In this document: positions 11,247 to 24,607 of the stretch, piece by piece
Layout: every line of letters starts with the position of its first letter
How positions within the stretch are numbered: position 1 is the stretch's first letter
Source of the DNA: Utricularia gibba
Taxonomy: Eukaryota > Plantae > Magnoliophyta
Assembly (NCBI GenBank): GCA_002189035.1
Contig: NEEC01000180.1
Coordinates: 1 to 42,104, forward strand
Reading direction: 5' to 3'
DNA length: 42,104 bases
The notes under the pieces: model-generated
Told to the model about the DNA's origin: nothing
Databases searched by the model: none
Seen by the model: the letters and a program-made list of their open reading frames with translations, nothing else
Translations under genes and position numbers: made by a program

Positions 11247-14200
11247 GAGGAGGCGGTCTTGGGATGCACCTGGAACGGGATAAAGGTCAGGTTGGGCTTT
11301 GCCAGAGAGTTAGTTGTAGCCCGGCAAAGAAAGTGTGTATTTATTAACGTTTGGTTTTCGGGGTTGCCTACATGGTTTTTCAACGAAAAGCTTCTCGTTT
11401 TGTGGCGGCCGCTCTCGCAGGGAACTTGGTCCGGGCCCCCGATGCTATATGGCTCATGAGGTCAACCAGATGCAAATCGATGAAGACAAGCATGCTTTTT
11501 TTTATTACGATATCACGTGCAGCCCACATGATTTTTTCAACAACTTACTTTATACTTGAGGAGGCGGTCTTGGGGTGCACCTGGAACGGGATAAAGGTCA
11601 GGTTGGGCTTTGCCAGAGAGTTAGTTGTAGCCCGGCAAAGAAAGTGTTGTATTTATTAACGTTCGGTTTTCGGGGTTGCCTACATGGTTTTTCAACGAAA
11701 AGCTTCTCGTTTTGTGGCGGCCGCTCTCGCAGGGAACTTGGTCCGGGCCCCTGATGCTATATGGCTCATGAGGTCAACCAGATGCAAATCGATGAAGACA
11801 AGCATGCTTTTTTTTTAATTACGATATCACGTGCAGCCCACATGATTTTTTCAACAACTTACTTTATACTTGAGGAGGCGGTCTTGGGGTGCACCTGGAA
11901 CGGGATAAAGGTCAGGTTGGGCTTTGTCAGAGAGTTAGTTGTAGCCCGGCAAAGAAAGTGTTGTATTTATCAAGGTTCGGTTTTCGGGGGTGCCAACATG
12001 GTTTTTCAAGGAACAGCTTCTCGTTTTGTGGCGGCCGCTCTCGCAGGGAACTTGGTCCGGGCCCCCGATGCTATATGGCTCATGAGGTCAACCAGATGCA
12101 AATCGATGAAGACAAGCATGCTTTTTTTTTAATTACGATATCACGTGCAGCCCACATGATTTTTTCAACAACTTACTTTATACTTGAGGAGGCGGTCTTG
12201 GGGTGCACCTGGAACGGGATAAAGGTCAGCTTAGGCAGGCCGAAAGTAAGTTGTAGCCCGGCAAAGAAAGTGATGTATTTATCAAGGTTCGGTTTTCGGG
12301 GTTGCCAACATGGTTTTTCAAGGAACAGCTTCTCGTTTTGTGGCGGCCAGTATCGCAAGAAACTTGGTCCGGGCCCGGATTCTTTATGGCTCATGAGGAC
12401 AAAAGTATGCAAATCGATGAAAAAAATGATGCATTTGTTTAAATTACGATATCACGTGCACCCTACATGATTTTTTCAAACACTTACTTTATACTTGAGG
12501 AGGTGGTCTTGGGGGGCAAGAGGAACCGGACAAAGGTCAGCTTAGGCTTGGGCCGAAAGTAAGTTGTAGCCCGTCAAAGAAAGTGATGTATTTATTAACA
12601 TTCAGTTTTCGGGGGCTGCCTACATGGTTTTTCAAGGAACATATTCTCGTTTTTGGCGGCTAGTCTCATTGGGAACCTGGTCCTAGACCCCGATTCTGTA
12701 TGGCTCATGGGGTCAACCGGATGCAAATCGATGAATACAATGATGCATTTGTTTAAATTGCGATATCACGTGCACCCTACATCATTTTTCAACAACGTAC
12801 TTTATACTTGAGGAGGTGGTCTTGGGGGGGGAGAGGAACCGGACAAAGGTTAGCATAGGCTTTGGCCGAAAGTAAGTTGTAGCCCGGCAAAGAAAGTGAT
12901 GTATTTATTAACGTTCGGTTTTCGGGGGCTGCCTACATGGTTTTTCAAGGAAAACTTCTCGTTTTGTGGCGGCCAGTCTCGCTAGGAACTTGGTCCGGGC
13001 CCCCGATTCTTTATGGCTCATGAGGACAAAGGATGCAAATCGATGAATACAATGATGCATTTGTTTAAATTACGATATCACGTGCACCCACATGATTTTT
13101 TCAACAACTTACTTTATACTTGAGGAGGCGGTCTTGGGGGCAGGAACCGGACAAAGGTCAGTTAGGCTTTGGCCGAAAGTTAGTTGTAGCCCGGCAAAGA
13201 AAGTGATGTATTATTTACGTTCGGTTTTCGGGGTTGCCTACATGGTTTTTAACGAAAAGCTTCTCGTTTTGTGGCGGCCGCTCTCGCAGGGAACTTGGTC
13301 CGGGCCCCCGATGCTATATGGCTCATGAGGTCAACCAGATGCAAATCGATGAAGACAAGCATGCTTTTTTTTTAATTACGATATCACGTGCAGCCCACAT
13401 GATTTTTTCAACAACTTACTTTATACTTGAGGAGGCGGTCTTGGGGTGCACCTGGAACGGGATAAAGGTCAGGTTGGGCTTTGCCAGAGAGTTAGTTGTA
13501 GCCCGGCAAAGAAAGTGTTGTATTTATCAAGGTTCGGTTTTCGGGTTGCCAACATGGTTTTTCAAGGAACAGCTTCTCGTTTTGTGGCGGCCAGTATCGC
13601 AAGAAACTTGGTCCGGGCGCCTGATTCTTTATGGCTCATGAGGACAAAAGTATGCAAATCGATGAAAAAAATGATGCATTTGTTTAAATTACGATATCAC
13701 GTGCACCCTACATGATTTTTTCAAACACTTACTTTATACTTGAGGAGGTGGTCTTGGGGGGCAAGAGGAACCGGACAAAGGTCAGCTTAGGCTTGGGCCG
13801 AAAGTAAGTTGTAGCCCGTCAAAGAAAGTGATGTATTTATTAACATTCTGTTTTCGGGGCTGCCTACATGGTTTTTCAAGGAACATATTCTCGTTTTTTG
13901 GCGGCTAGTCTCATTGGGAACCTGGTCCTAGACCCCGATTCTGTATGGCTCATGGGGTCAACCGGATGCAAATCGATGAATACAATGATGCATTTGTTTA
14001 AATTGCGATATCACGTGCACCCTACATCATTTTTTCAACAACGTACTTTATACTTGAGGAGGTGGTCTTGGGGGGAGAGGAACCGGACAAAGGTTAGCAT
14101 AGGCTTTGGTCGAAAGTTAGTTGTAGCCCGGCAAAGAAAAGTGATGTATGTATTTACGTTCGGTTTTCGGGGTTGCCTACATGGTTTTTAACGAAAAAAG

Positions 14201-15935
14201 CTTCTCGTTTTGTGGCGGCCGCTCTCGCAGGGAACTTGGTCCGGGCCCCCGATGCTATATGGCTCATGAGGTCAACCAGATGCAAATCGATGAAGACAAG
14301 CATGCTTTTTTTTAATTACGATATCACGTGCAGCCCACATGATTTTTTCAACAACTTACTTTATACTTGAGGAGGCGGTCTTGGGGTGCACCTGGAACGG
14401 GATAAAGGTCAGGTTGGGCTTTGCCAGAGAGTTAGTTGTAGCCCGGCAAAGAAAGTGTTGTATTTATTAACGTTCGGTTTTCGGGGTTGCCTACATGGTT
14501 TTTTAACGAAAAGCTTCTCGTTTTGTGGCGGCCGCTCTCGCAGGGAACTTGGTCCGGGCCCCTGATGCTATATGGCTCATGAGGTCAACCAGATGCAAAT
14601 CGATGAAGACAAGCATGCTTTTTTTTTAATTACGATATCACGTGCAGCCCACATGATTTTTTCAACAACTTACTTTATACTTGAGGAGGCGGTCTTGGGG
14701 TGCACCTGGAACGGGATAAAGGTCAGGTTGGGCTTTGCCAGAGAGTTAGTTGTAGCCCGGCAAAGAAAGTGTTGTATTTATCAAGGTTCGGTTTTCGGGG
14801 TTGCCAACATGGTTTTTCAAGGAACAGCTTCTCGTTTTGTGGCGGCCAGTATCGCAAGAAACTTGGTCCGGGCGCCTGATTCTTTATGGCTCATGAGGAC
14901 AAAAGTATGCAAATCGATGAAAAAAATGATGCATTTGTTTAAATTACGATATCACGTGCACCCTACATGATTTTTTCAAACACTTACTTTATACTTGAGG
15001 AGGTGGTCTTGGGGGCAAGAGGAACCGGACAAAGGTCAGCTTAGGCTTGGGCCGAAAGTAAGTTGTAGCCCGTCAAAGAAAGTGATGTATTTATTAACAT
15101 TCAGTTTTCGGGGGCTGCCTACATGGTTTTTCAAGGAACATATTCTCGTTTTTTGGCGGCTAGTCTCATTGGGAACCTGGTCCTAGACCCCGATTCTGTA
15201 TGGCTCATGGGGTCAACCGGATGCAAATCGATGAATACAATGATGCATTTGTTTAAATTGCGATATCACGTGCACCCTACATCATTTTTTCAACAACGTA
15301 CTTTATACTTGAGGAGGTGGTCTTGGGGGGAGAGGAACCGGACAAAGGTTAGCATAGGCTTTGGTCGAAAGTTAGTTGTAGCCCGGCAAAGAAAAGTGAT
15401 GTATGTATTTACGTTCGGTTTTCGGGATGCTTACATGGTTTTTCAAGGAACAACTTCTCCTTTAGTGGCGGCCAGTCTCGCTAGGAACTTGGTCCGGGCC
15501 CCTGATTCTTTATGGCTCATGAGGACAAAAGGATGCAAATCGATGAATACAATGATGCATTTGTTTAAATTACGATATCACGTGCACCCCACATCATTTT
15601 TTCAACAACTTACTTCATACTTGATGAGGTGGTCTTGGGGGCAAGAGGAACCGGACAAAGGTCAGCTTAGGCTTGGGCCGAAAGTAAGTTATAGCCCGGC
15701 AAATAAAGTGAAGTATTTATTAACGTTCGGTTTTCGAGGTTGCCTACATGGTTTTTCAAGGAACAACTTCTCCTTTAGTGGCGGCCAGTCTCGCTAGGAA
15801 CTTGGTCCGGGCCCCTGATTCTTTATGGCTCAAGAGGACAAAAGGATGCAAATCGATGAATACAATGATGCATTTGTTTAAATTACGATATCACGTGCAC
15901 CCCACATCATTTTTTCAACAACTTACTTTATACTT

Positions 15936-17495
15936 GAAGAGGCGGTCTTGGGTGCACCTAGAACGGGACAAAGGTCAGGTTGGGCTTTGCCAGAGAGTTA
16001 GTTGTAGCCCGGCAAAAAGTGATGTATTTATTAACGTTCGGTTTTCGGGGTTGCCTACATGGTTTTTCAACGAAAGCTTCTCGTTTTGTGGCGGCCGCTC
16101 TCGCAGGGAACTTGGTCCGGGCCCCCGATGCTATATGGCTCATGAGGTCAACCAGATGCAAATCGATGAAGACAAGCATGCTTTTTTTTTAATTACGATA
16201 TCACGTGCAGCCCACATGATTTTTTCAACAACTTACTTTATACTTGAGGAGGCGGTCTTGGGGTGCACCTGGAACGGGATAAAGGTCAGGTTGGGCTTTG
16301 CCAGAAGTTAGTTGTAGCCCGGCAAAGAAAGTGATGTATTTATCAAGGTTCGGTTTTCGGGGTTGCCAACATGGTTTTTCAAGGAACAGCTTCTCGTTTT
16401 GTGGCGGCCAGTATCGCAAGAAACTTGGTCCGGGCGCCTGATTCTTTATGGCTCATGAGGACAAAAGTATGCAAATCGATGAAAAAAATGATGCATTTGT
16501 TTAAATTACGATATCACGTGCACCCTACATGATTTTTTCAAACACTTACTTTATACTTGAGGAGGTGGTCTTGGGGGGCAAGAGGAACCGGACAAAGGTC
16601 AGCTTAGGCTTGGGCCGAAAGTAAGTTGTAGCCCGTCAAAGAAAGTGATGTATTTATTAACATTCTGTTTTCGGGGCTGCCTACATGGTTTTTCAAGGAA
16701 CATATTCTCGTTTTTTGGCGGCTAGTCTCATTGGGAACCTGGTCCTAGACCCCGATTCTGTATGGCTCATGGGGTCAACCGGATGCAAATCGATGAATAC
16801 AATGATGCATTTGTTTAAATTGCGATATCACGTGCACCCTACATCATTTTTTCAACAACTTACTTATACTTGAGGAGGTGGTCTTGGGGGGGGAGAGGAA
16901 CCGGACAAAGGTTAGCATAGGCTTGGTCGAAAGTAAGTTGTAGCCCGGCAAAGAAAAGTGATGTATGTATTTACGTTCGGTTTTCGGGGATGCTTACATG
17001 GTTTTTCAAGGAACAACTTCTCCTTTAGTGGCGGCCAGTCTCGCTAGGAACTTGGTCCGGGCCCCTGATTCTTTATGGCTCATGAGGACAAAAGGATGCA
17101 AATCGATGAATACAATGATGCATTTGTTTAAATTACGATATCACGTGCACCCACATCATTTTTTCAACAACTTACTTATACTTGATGAGGTGGTCTTGGG
17201 AGGCAAGAGGAACCGGACAAAGGTCAGCTTAGGCTTGGGCCGAAAGTAAGTTATAGCCCGGCAAAAAAGTGAAGTATTTATTAACATTCGGTTTTCGGGT
17301 TGCCTACATGGTTTTTCAAGGAACAACTTCTCCTTTAGTGGCGGCCATTCTCGCTAGGAACTTGGTCCGGGCCCCTGATTCTTTATGGCTCAAGAGGACA
17401 AAAGGATGCAAATCGATGAATACAATGATGCATTTGTTTAAATTACGATATCACGTGCACCCCACATCATTTTTTCAACAACTTACTTTATACTT
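15936..17495 (+). repeat. 5-mer HOR copy (P1-F-G-H-I), 1560 bp
   Basis: Successive gaagaggcgg landmarks at 15936 and 17496; the same order recurs, blurred, at 17496-19035. Confidence 0.75.
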
Positions 17496-20400
17496 GAAGA
17501 GGCGGTCTTGGGGTGCACCTAGAACGGGACAAAGGTCAGGTTGGGCTTTGCCAGAGAGTTAGTTGTAGCCCGGCAAAGAAAGTGATGTATTTATTAACGT
17601 TCGGTTTTCGGGGTTGCCTACATGGTTTTTCAACGAAATGCTTCTCGTTTTGTGGCGGCCGCTCTCGCAGGGAACTTGGTCCGGGCCCCGATGCTATATG
17701 GCTCATGAGGTCAACCAGATGCAAATCGATGAAGACAAGCATGCTTTTTTTTTAATTACGATATCACGTGCAGCCCACATGATTTTTTCAACAACTTACT
17801 TTATACTTGAGGAGGCGGTCTTGGGGTGCACCTGGAACGGGATAAAGGTCAGGTTGGGCTTTGCCAGAGAGTTAGTTGTAGCCCGGCAAAGAAAGTGATG
17901 TATTTATCAAGTTCGGTTTTCGGGTTGCCCATGGTTTTTCAAGGAACAGCTTCTCGTTTTGTGGCGGCCAGTCTCGCAAGAAACTTGGTCCGGGCCCTGA
18001 TTCTTTATGGCTCATGAGGACAAAAGTATGCAAATCGATGAAAAAATGATGCATTTGTTTAAATTACGATATCACGTGCACCCTACATGATTTTTTCAAA
18101 CACTTACTTTATACTTGAGGAGGTGGTCTTGGGGGCAAGAGGAACCGGACAAAGGTCAGCTTAGGCTTGGGCCGAAAGTAAGTTGTAGCCCGGCAAAGAA
18201 AGTGATGTATTTATTAACATTCGTTTTCGGGGGCTGCCTACATGGTTTTTCAAGGAACAATTCTCGTTTTTTGGCGGCTAGTCTCATTGGGAACTGGTCC
18301 TAGACCCCGATTCTGTATGGCTCATGGGGTCAACCGGATGCAAATCGATGAATACAATGATGCATTTGTTTAAATTGCGATATCACGTGCACCCTCATTT
18401 TTTCAACAACTACTTTATACTTGAGGAGGTGGTCTTGGGGGAGAGGAACGGACAAAGGTCAGCATAGGCTTTGGCGAAAGTTAGTTGTAGCCCGGCAAAG
18501 AAAAGTGATGTATTATTAAGTTCGGTTTTCGGGGTGCCTACATGGTTTTTCAAGGAACAACTTCTCCTTTAGTGGCGGCCAGTCTCGCTAGGAACTTGGT
18601 CCGGGCCCCTGATTCTTTATGGCTCATGAGGACAAAAGGATGCAAATCGATGAATACAATGATGCATTTGTTTAAATTACGATATCACGTGCACCCACAT
18701 CATTTTTTCAACAACTTACTTTATACTTGAGAGGTGGTCTTGGGGCAAGAGGAACCGGACAAAGGTCAGCTTAGGCTTGGCCGAAAGTAAGTTGTAGCCC
18801 GGCAAAGAAAGTGATGTATTTATTAACGTTCGGTTTTCGGGTTGCCTACATGGTTTTTCAAGGAACACTTCTCGTTTTGTGGCGGCCAGTCTCGCTAGGA
18901 ACTTGGTCCGGGCCCCGATTCTTTATGGCTCATGAGGACAAAAGGATGCAAATCGATGAATACAATGATGCATTTGTTTAAATTACGATATCACGTGCAC
19001 CCCACATCATTTTTTCAACAACTTACTTTATACTTGAGAGGCGGTCTTGGGGTGCACCTGGAACGGGACAAAGGTCAGCTTAGGCTTGGGCCGAAAGTAA
19101 GTTGTAGCCCGGCAAAGAAAGTGATGTATTTATTAACGTTCGGTTTTCGGGGTTGCCAACATGGTTTTTCAAGGAACAGCTTCTCGTTTTGTGGCGGCCA
19201 GTCTCGCAAGAAACTTGGTCCGGGCCCTGATTCTTTATGGCTCATGAGGACAAAAGATGCAAATCGATGAAAAAATGATGCATTTGTTTTAAATTACGAT
19301 ATCACGTGCACCCACATGATTTTTTCAAACACTTACTTTATACTTGAGGAGGTGGTCTTGGGGGCAAGAGGAACCGGACAAAGGTCAGCTTAGGCTTGGG
19401 CCGAAAGTAAGTTGTAGCCCGCAAAGAAAGTGATGTATTTATTAACGTTCGTTTTCGGGTGCCTACATGGTTTTTCAAGGAACAATTCTCGTTTTTTGGC
19501 GGCCAGTCTCGCTGGGAACTTGGTCCGACCCGATTCTTATGGCTCATGAGGTCAACCGGATGCAAATCGATGAATACAATGATGCATTTGTTTAAATTAC
19601 GATATCACGTGCACCCTACATCATTTTTTCAACAACTACTTTATACTTGAGGAGGTGGTCTTGGGGGGAGAGGAACCGGACAAAGGTCAGCTAGGCTTTG
19701 GCGAAAGTAAGTTGTAGCCCGGCAAAGAAAGTGATGTATTTTTACGTTCGGTTTTCGGGTTGCCTACATGGTTTTTCAAGGAAAACTTCTCGTTTTGTGG
19801 CGGCCAGTCTCGCTAGGAACTTGGTCCGGGCCCCTGATTCTTTATGGCTCATGAGGACAAAGGATGCAAATCGATGAATACAATGATGCATTTGTTTAAA
19901 TTACGATATCACGTGCACCCCACATCATTTTTTCAACAACTTACTTTATACTTGAGAGGCGGTCTTGGGGTGCACCTAGAACGGGACAAAGGTCAGGTTG
20001 GGCTTTGCCAGAGAGTTAGTTGTAGCCCGGCAAAGAAAGTGATGTATTTATTAACGTTCGGTTTTCGGGGTTGCCTACATGGTTTTTCAAGAAAGCTTCT
20101 CGTTTTGTGGCGGCCGCTCTCGCAGGGAACTTGGTCCGGGCCCCCGATGCTATATGGCTCATGAGGTCAACCAGATGCAAATCGATGAAGACAAGCATGC
20201 TTTTTTTTAATTACGATATCACGTGCAGCCCACATGATTTTTTCAACAACTTACTTTATACTTGAGGAGGCGGTCTTGGGGTGCACCTGGAACGGGATAA
20301 AGGTCAGCTTAGGGGGCCGAAAGTAAGTTGTAGCCCGGCAAAGAAAGTGATGTATTTATTAACGTTCGGTTTTCGGGGTTGCCTACATGGTTTTTCAAGG

Positions 20401-22426
20401 AACAGCTTCTCGTTTTGTGGCGGCCAGTCTCGCAAGGAACTTGGTCCGGGCCCTGATTCTTTATGGCTCATGAGGACAAAAGGATGCAAATCGATGAAAA
20501 AAATGATGCATTTGTTTAAATTACGATATCACGTGCACCCTACATGATTTTTTCAACACTTACTTTATACTTGAGGAGGTGGTCTTGGGGGGCAAGAGGA
20601 ACCGGACAAAGGTCAGCTTAGGCTTGGCCGAAAGTAAGTTGTAGCCCGGCAAAGAAAGTGATGTATTTATTAACATTCGTTTTCGGGGTGCCTACATGGT
20701 TTTTCAAAGGAACATATTCTCGTTTTTTGGCGGCTAGTCTCATTGGGAACTGGTCCTAGACCCCGATTCTGTATGGCTCATGGGGTCAACCGGATGCAAA
20801 TCGATGAATACAATGATGCATTTGTTTAAATTACGATATCACGTGCACCCCACATCATTTTTTCAACAACGTACTTTATACTTGAGGAGGTGGTCTTGGG
20901 GGGAGAGGAACCGGACAAAGGTCAGCTAGGCTTTGGCGAAAGTAAGTTGTAGCCCGGCAAAGAAAAGTGATTGTATTACGTTCGGTTTTCGGGTTGCCTA
21001 CATGGTTTTTCAAGGAACAACTTCTCCTTTAGTGGCGGCCAGTCTCGCTAGGAACTTGGTCCGGGCCCCTGATTCTTTATGGCTCAAGAGGACAAAAGGA
21101 TGCAAATCGATGAATACAATGATGCATTTGTTTAAATTACGATATCACGTGCACCCACATCATTTTTTCAACAACTTACTTTATACTTGAAGAGGCGGTC
21201 TTGGGGTGCACCTAGAACGGGACAAAGGTCAGGTTGGGCTTTGCCAGAGAGTTAGTTGTAGCCCGGCAAAGAAAGTGATGTATTTATTAACGTTCGGTTT
21301 TCGGGGTTGCCTACATGGTTTTTCAACGAAAAGCTTCTCGTTTTGTGGCGGCCGCTCTCGCAGGGAACTTGGTCCGGGCCCCCGATGCTATATGGCTCAT
21401 GAGGTCAACCAGATGCAAATCGATGAAGACAAGCATGCTTTTTTTTAATTACGATATCACGTGCAGCCCACATGATTTTTTCAACAACTTACTTTATACT
21501 TGAGGAGGCGGTCTTGGGGTGCACCTGGAACGGGATAAAGGTCAGCTTAGGCTTGGGCCGAAGTAAGTTGTAGCCCGGCAAAGAAAGTGATGTATTTATC
21601 AAGGTTCGGTTTTCGGGTTGCCACATGGTTTTTCAAGGAACAGCTTCTCGTTTTGTGGCGGCCAGTCTCGCAAGGAACTTGGTCCGGGCCCTGATTCTTT
21701 ATGGCTCATGAGGACAAAAGATGCAAATCGATGAAAAAAATGATGCATTTTGTTTAAATTACGATATCACGTGCACCCTACATGATTTTTTCAACAACTT
21801 ACTTTATACTTGAGGAGGTGCTCTTGGGGGGCAAGAGGAACCGGACAAAGGTCAGCTTAGGCTTAGCGAAGTAAGTTGTAGCCCGGCAAAGAAAGTGATG
21901 TATTTATTAACATTCAGTTTTCGGGGGCTGCCTACATGGTTTTTCAAGGAACATATTCTCGTTTTTTGGCGGCTAGTCTCATTGGGAACCTGGTCCTAGA
22001 CCCCGATTCTGTATGGCTCATGGGGTCAACCGGATGCAAATCGATGAATACAATGATGCATTTGTTTAAATTACGATATCACGTGCACCCCACATCATTT
22101 TTTCAACAACTACTTATACTTGAGAGGTGGTCTTGGGGGCAAGAGGAACCGGACAAGGTCAGCTTAGGCTTGGGCGAAAGTAAGTTGTAGCCCGGCAAAA
22201 AAGTGAGTATTTATTAACGTTCGGTTTTCGAGGTTGCCTACATGGTTTTTCAAGGAACAACTTCTCCTTTAGTGGCGGCCAGTCTCGCTAGGAACTTGGT
22301 CCGGGCCCCTGATTCTTTATGGCTCAAGGACAAAGGATGCAAATCGATGAATACAATGATGCATTTGTTTAAATTACGATATCACGTGCACCCCACATCA
22401 TTTTTTCAACAACTTACTTTATACTT

Positions 22427-24607
22427 GAAGAGGCGGTCTTGGGGTGCACCTAGAACGGGACAAAGGTCAGGTTGGGCTTTGCCAGAGAGTTAGTTGTAGC
22501 CCGGCAAAGAAAGTGATGTATTTATTAACGTTCGGTTTTCGGGTTGCCTACATGGTTTTTCAACGAAATGCTTCTCGTTTTGTGGCGGCCGCTCTCGCAG
22601 GGAACTTGGTCCGGGCCCCGATGCTATATGGCTCATGAGGTCAACCAGATGCAAATCGATGAAGACAAGCATGCTTTTTTTTAATTACGATATCACGTGC
22701 ACCCACATGATTTTTTCAACAACTTACTTTATACTTGAGGAGGCGGTCTTGGGATGCACCTGGAACGGGATAAAGGTCAGGTTGGGCTTTGCCAGAGAGT
22801 TAGTTGTAGCCCGGCAAAGAAAGTGTTGTATTTATTAACGTTCGGTTTTCGGGGTTGCCTACATGGTTTTTCAACGAAAAGCTTCTCGTTTTGTGGCGGC
22901 CGCTCTCGCAGGGAACTTGGTCCGGGCCCCGATGCTATATGGCTCATGAGGTCAACCAGATGCAAATCGATGAAGACAAGCATGCTTTTTTTAATTACGA
23001 TATCACGTGCAGCCCACATGATTTTTTCAACAACTTACTTTATACTTGAGGAGGCGGTCTTGGGGTGCACCTGAACGGGACAAAGGTCAGGTTGGGCTTT
23101 GCCAGAGAGTTAGTTGTAGCCCGGCAAAGAAAGTGTTGTATTTATCAAGGTTCGGTTTTCGGGTTGCCAACATGGTTTTTCAAGGAACAGCTTCTCGTTT
23201 TGTGGCGGCCGCTCTCGCAGGGAACTTGGTCCGGGCCCCCGATGCTATATGGCTCATGAGGTCAACCAGATGCAAATCGATGAAGACAAGCATGCTTTTT
23301 TTTTAATTACGATATCACGTGCAGCCCACATGATTTTTTCAACAACTTACTTTATACTTGAGGAGGCGGTCTTGGGGTGCACCTGGAACGGGATAAAGGT
23401 CAGCTTAGGCTGGGCCGAAAGTAAGTTGTAGCCCGGCAAAGAAAGTGATGTATTTATCAAGTTCGGTTTTCGGGGTTGCCAACATGGTTTTTCAAGGAAC
23501 AGCTTCTCGTTTTGTGGCGGCCAGTATCGCAAGAAACTTGGTCCGGGCGCCTGATTCTTTATGGCTCATGAGGACAAAAGTATGCAAATCGATGAAAAAA
23601 ATGATGCATTTGTTTAAATTACGATATCACGTGCACCCTACATGATTTTTTCAAACACTTACTTTATACTTGAGGAGGTGGTCTTGGGGGGCAAGAGGAA
23701 CCGGACAAAGGTCAGCTTAGGCTTGGGCCGAAAGTAAGTTGTAGCCCGTCAAAGAAAGTGATGTATTTATTAACATTCAGTTTTCGGGGGCTGCCTACAT
23801 GGTTTTTCAAGGAACATATTCTCGTTTTTTGGCGGCTAGTCTCATTGGGAACCTGGTCCTAGACCCCGATTCTGTATGGCTCATGGGGTCAACCGGATGC
23901 AAATCGATGAATACAATGATGCATTTGTTTAAATTGCGATATCACGTGCACCCTACATTATTTTTTCAACAACGTACTTTATACTTGAGGAGGTGGTCTT
24001 GGGGGGGAGAGGAACCGGACAAAGGTTAGCATAGGCTTTGGTCGAAAGTTAGTTGTAGCCCGGCAAAGAAAGTGATGTATGTATTTACGTTCGGTTTTCG
24101 GGGATGCTTACATGGTTTTTCAAGGAACAACTTCTCCTTTAGTGGCGGCCAGTCTCGCTAGGAACTTGGTCCGGGCCCCTGATTCTTTATGGCTCATGAG
24201 GACAAAAGCATGCAAATCGATGAATACAATGATGCATTTGTTTAAATTACGATATCACGTGCACCCCACATTTTTTCAACAACTTACTTCATACTTGATG
24301 AGGTGGTCTTGGGGGCAAGAGGAACCGGACAAAGGTCAGCTTAGGCTTGGGCCGAAAGTAAGTTATAGCCCGGCAAATAAAGTGATGTATTTATTAACGT
24401 TCGGTTTTCGGGTTGCCTACATGGTTTTTCAAGGAACAACTTCTCCTTTAGTGGCGGCCAGTCTCGCTAGGAACTTGGTCCGGGCCCCTGATTCTTTATG
24501 GCTCAAGAGGACAAAAGGATGCAAATCGATGAATACAATGATGCATTTGTTTAAATTACGATATCACGTGCACCCCACATCATTTTTTCAACAACTTACT
24601 TATACTT
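22427..24607 (+). repeat. 7-mer HOR copy (P1-P-Q-F-G-H-I), 2181 bp
   Basis: Landmarks at 22427 and 24608; the same class order recurs at 29909-32076. Confidence 0.75.

Noticed and set aside
12368-12379. 12-bp perfect palindrome tccgggcccgga
   Set aside because: Single-copy point variant of the GGGCCC site; no evidence of significance.
15123-15797. Longest ORF (224 aa) and the other 60-190 aa ORFs in the track
   Set aside because: All are the same few peptide fragments (e.g. MMHLFKLRYHVHPT, FSFCGG, KVSCSPAKK) read in shifting frames. Monomer length varies and frame is not preserved; indels join frames arbitrarily; no recognisable domain.
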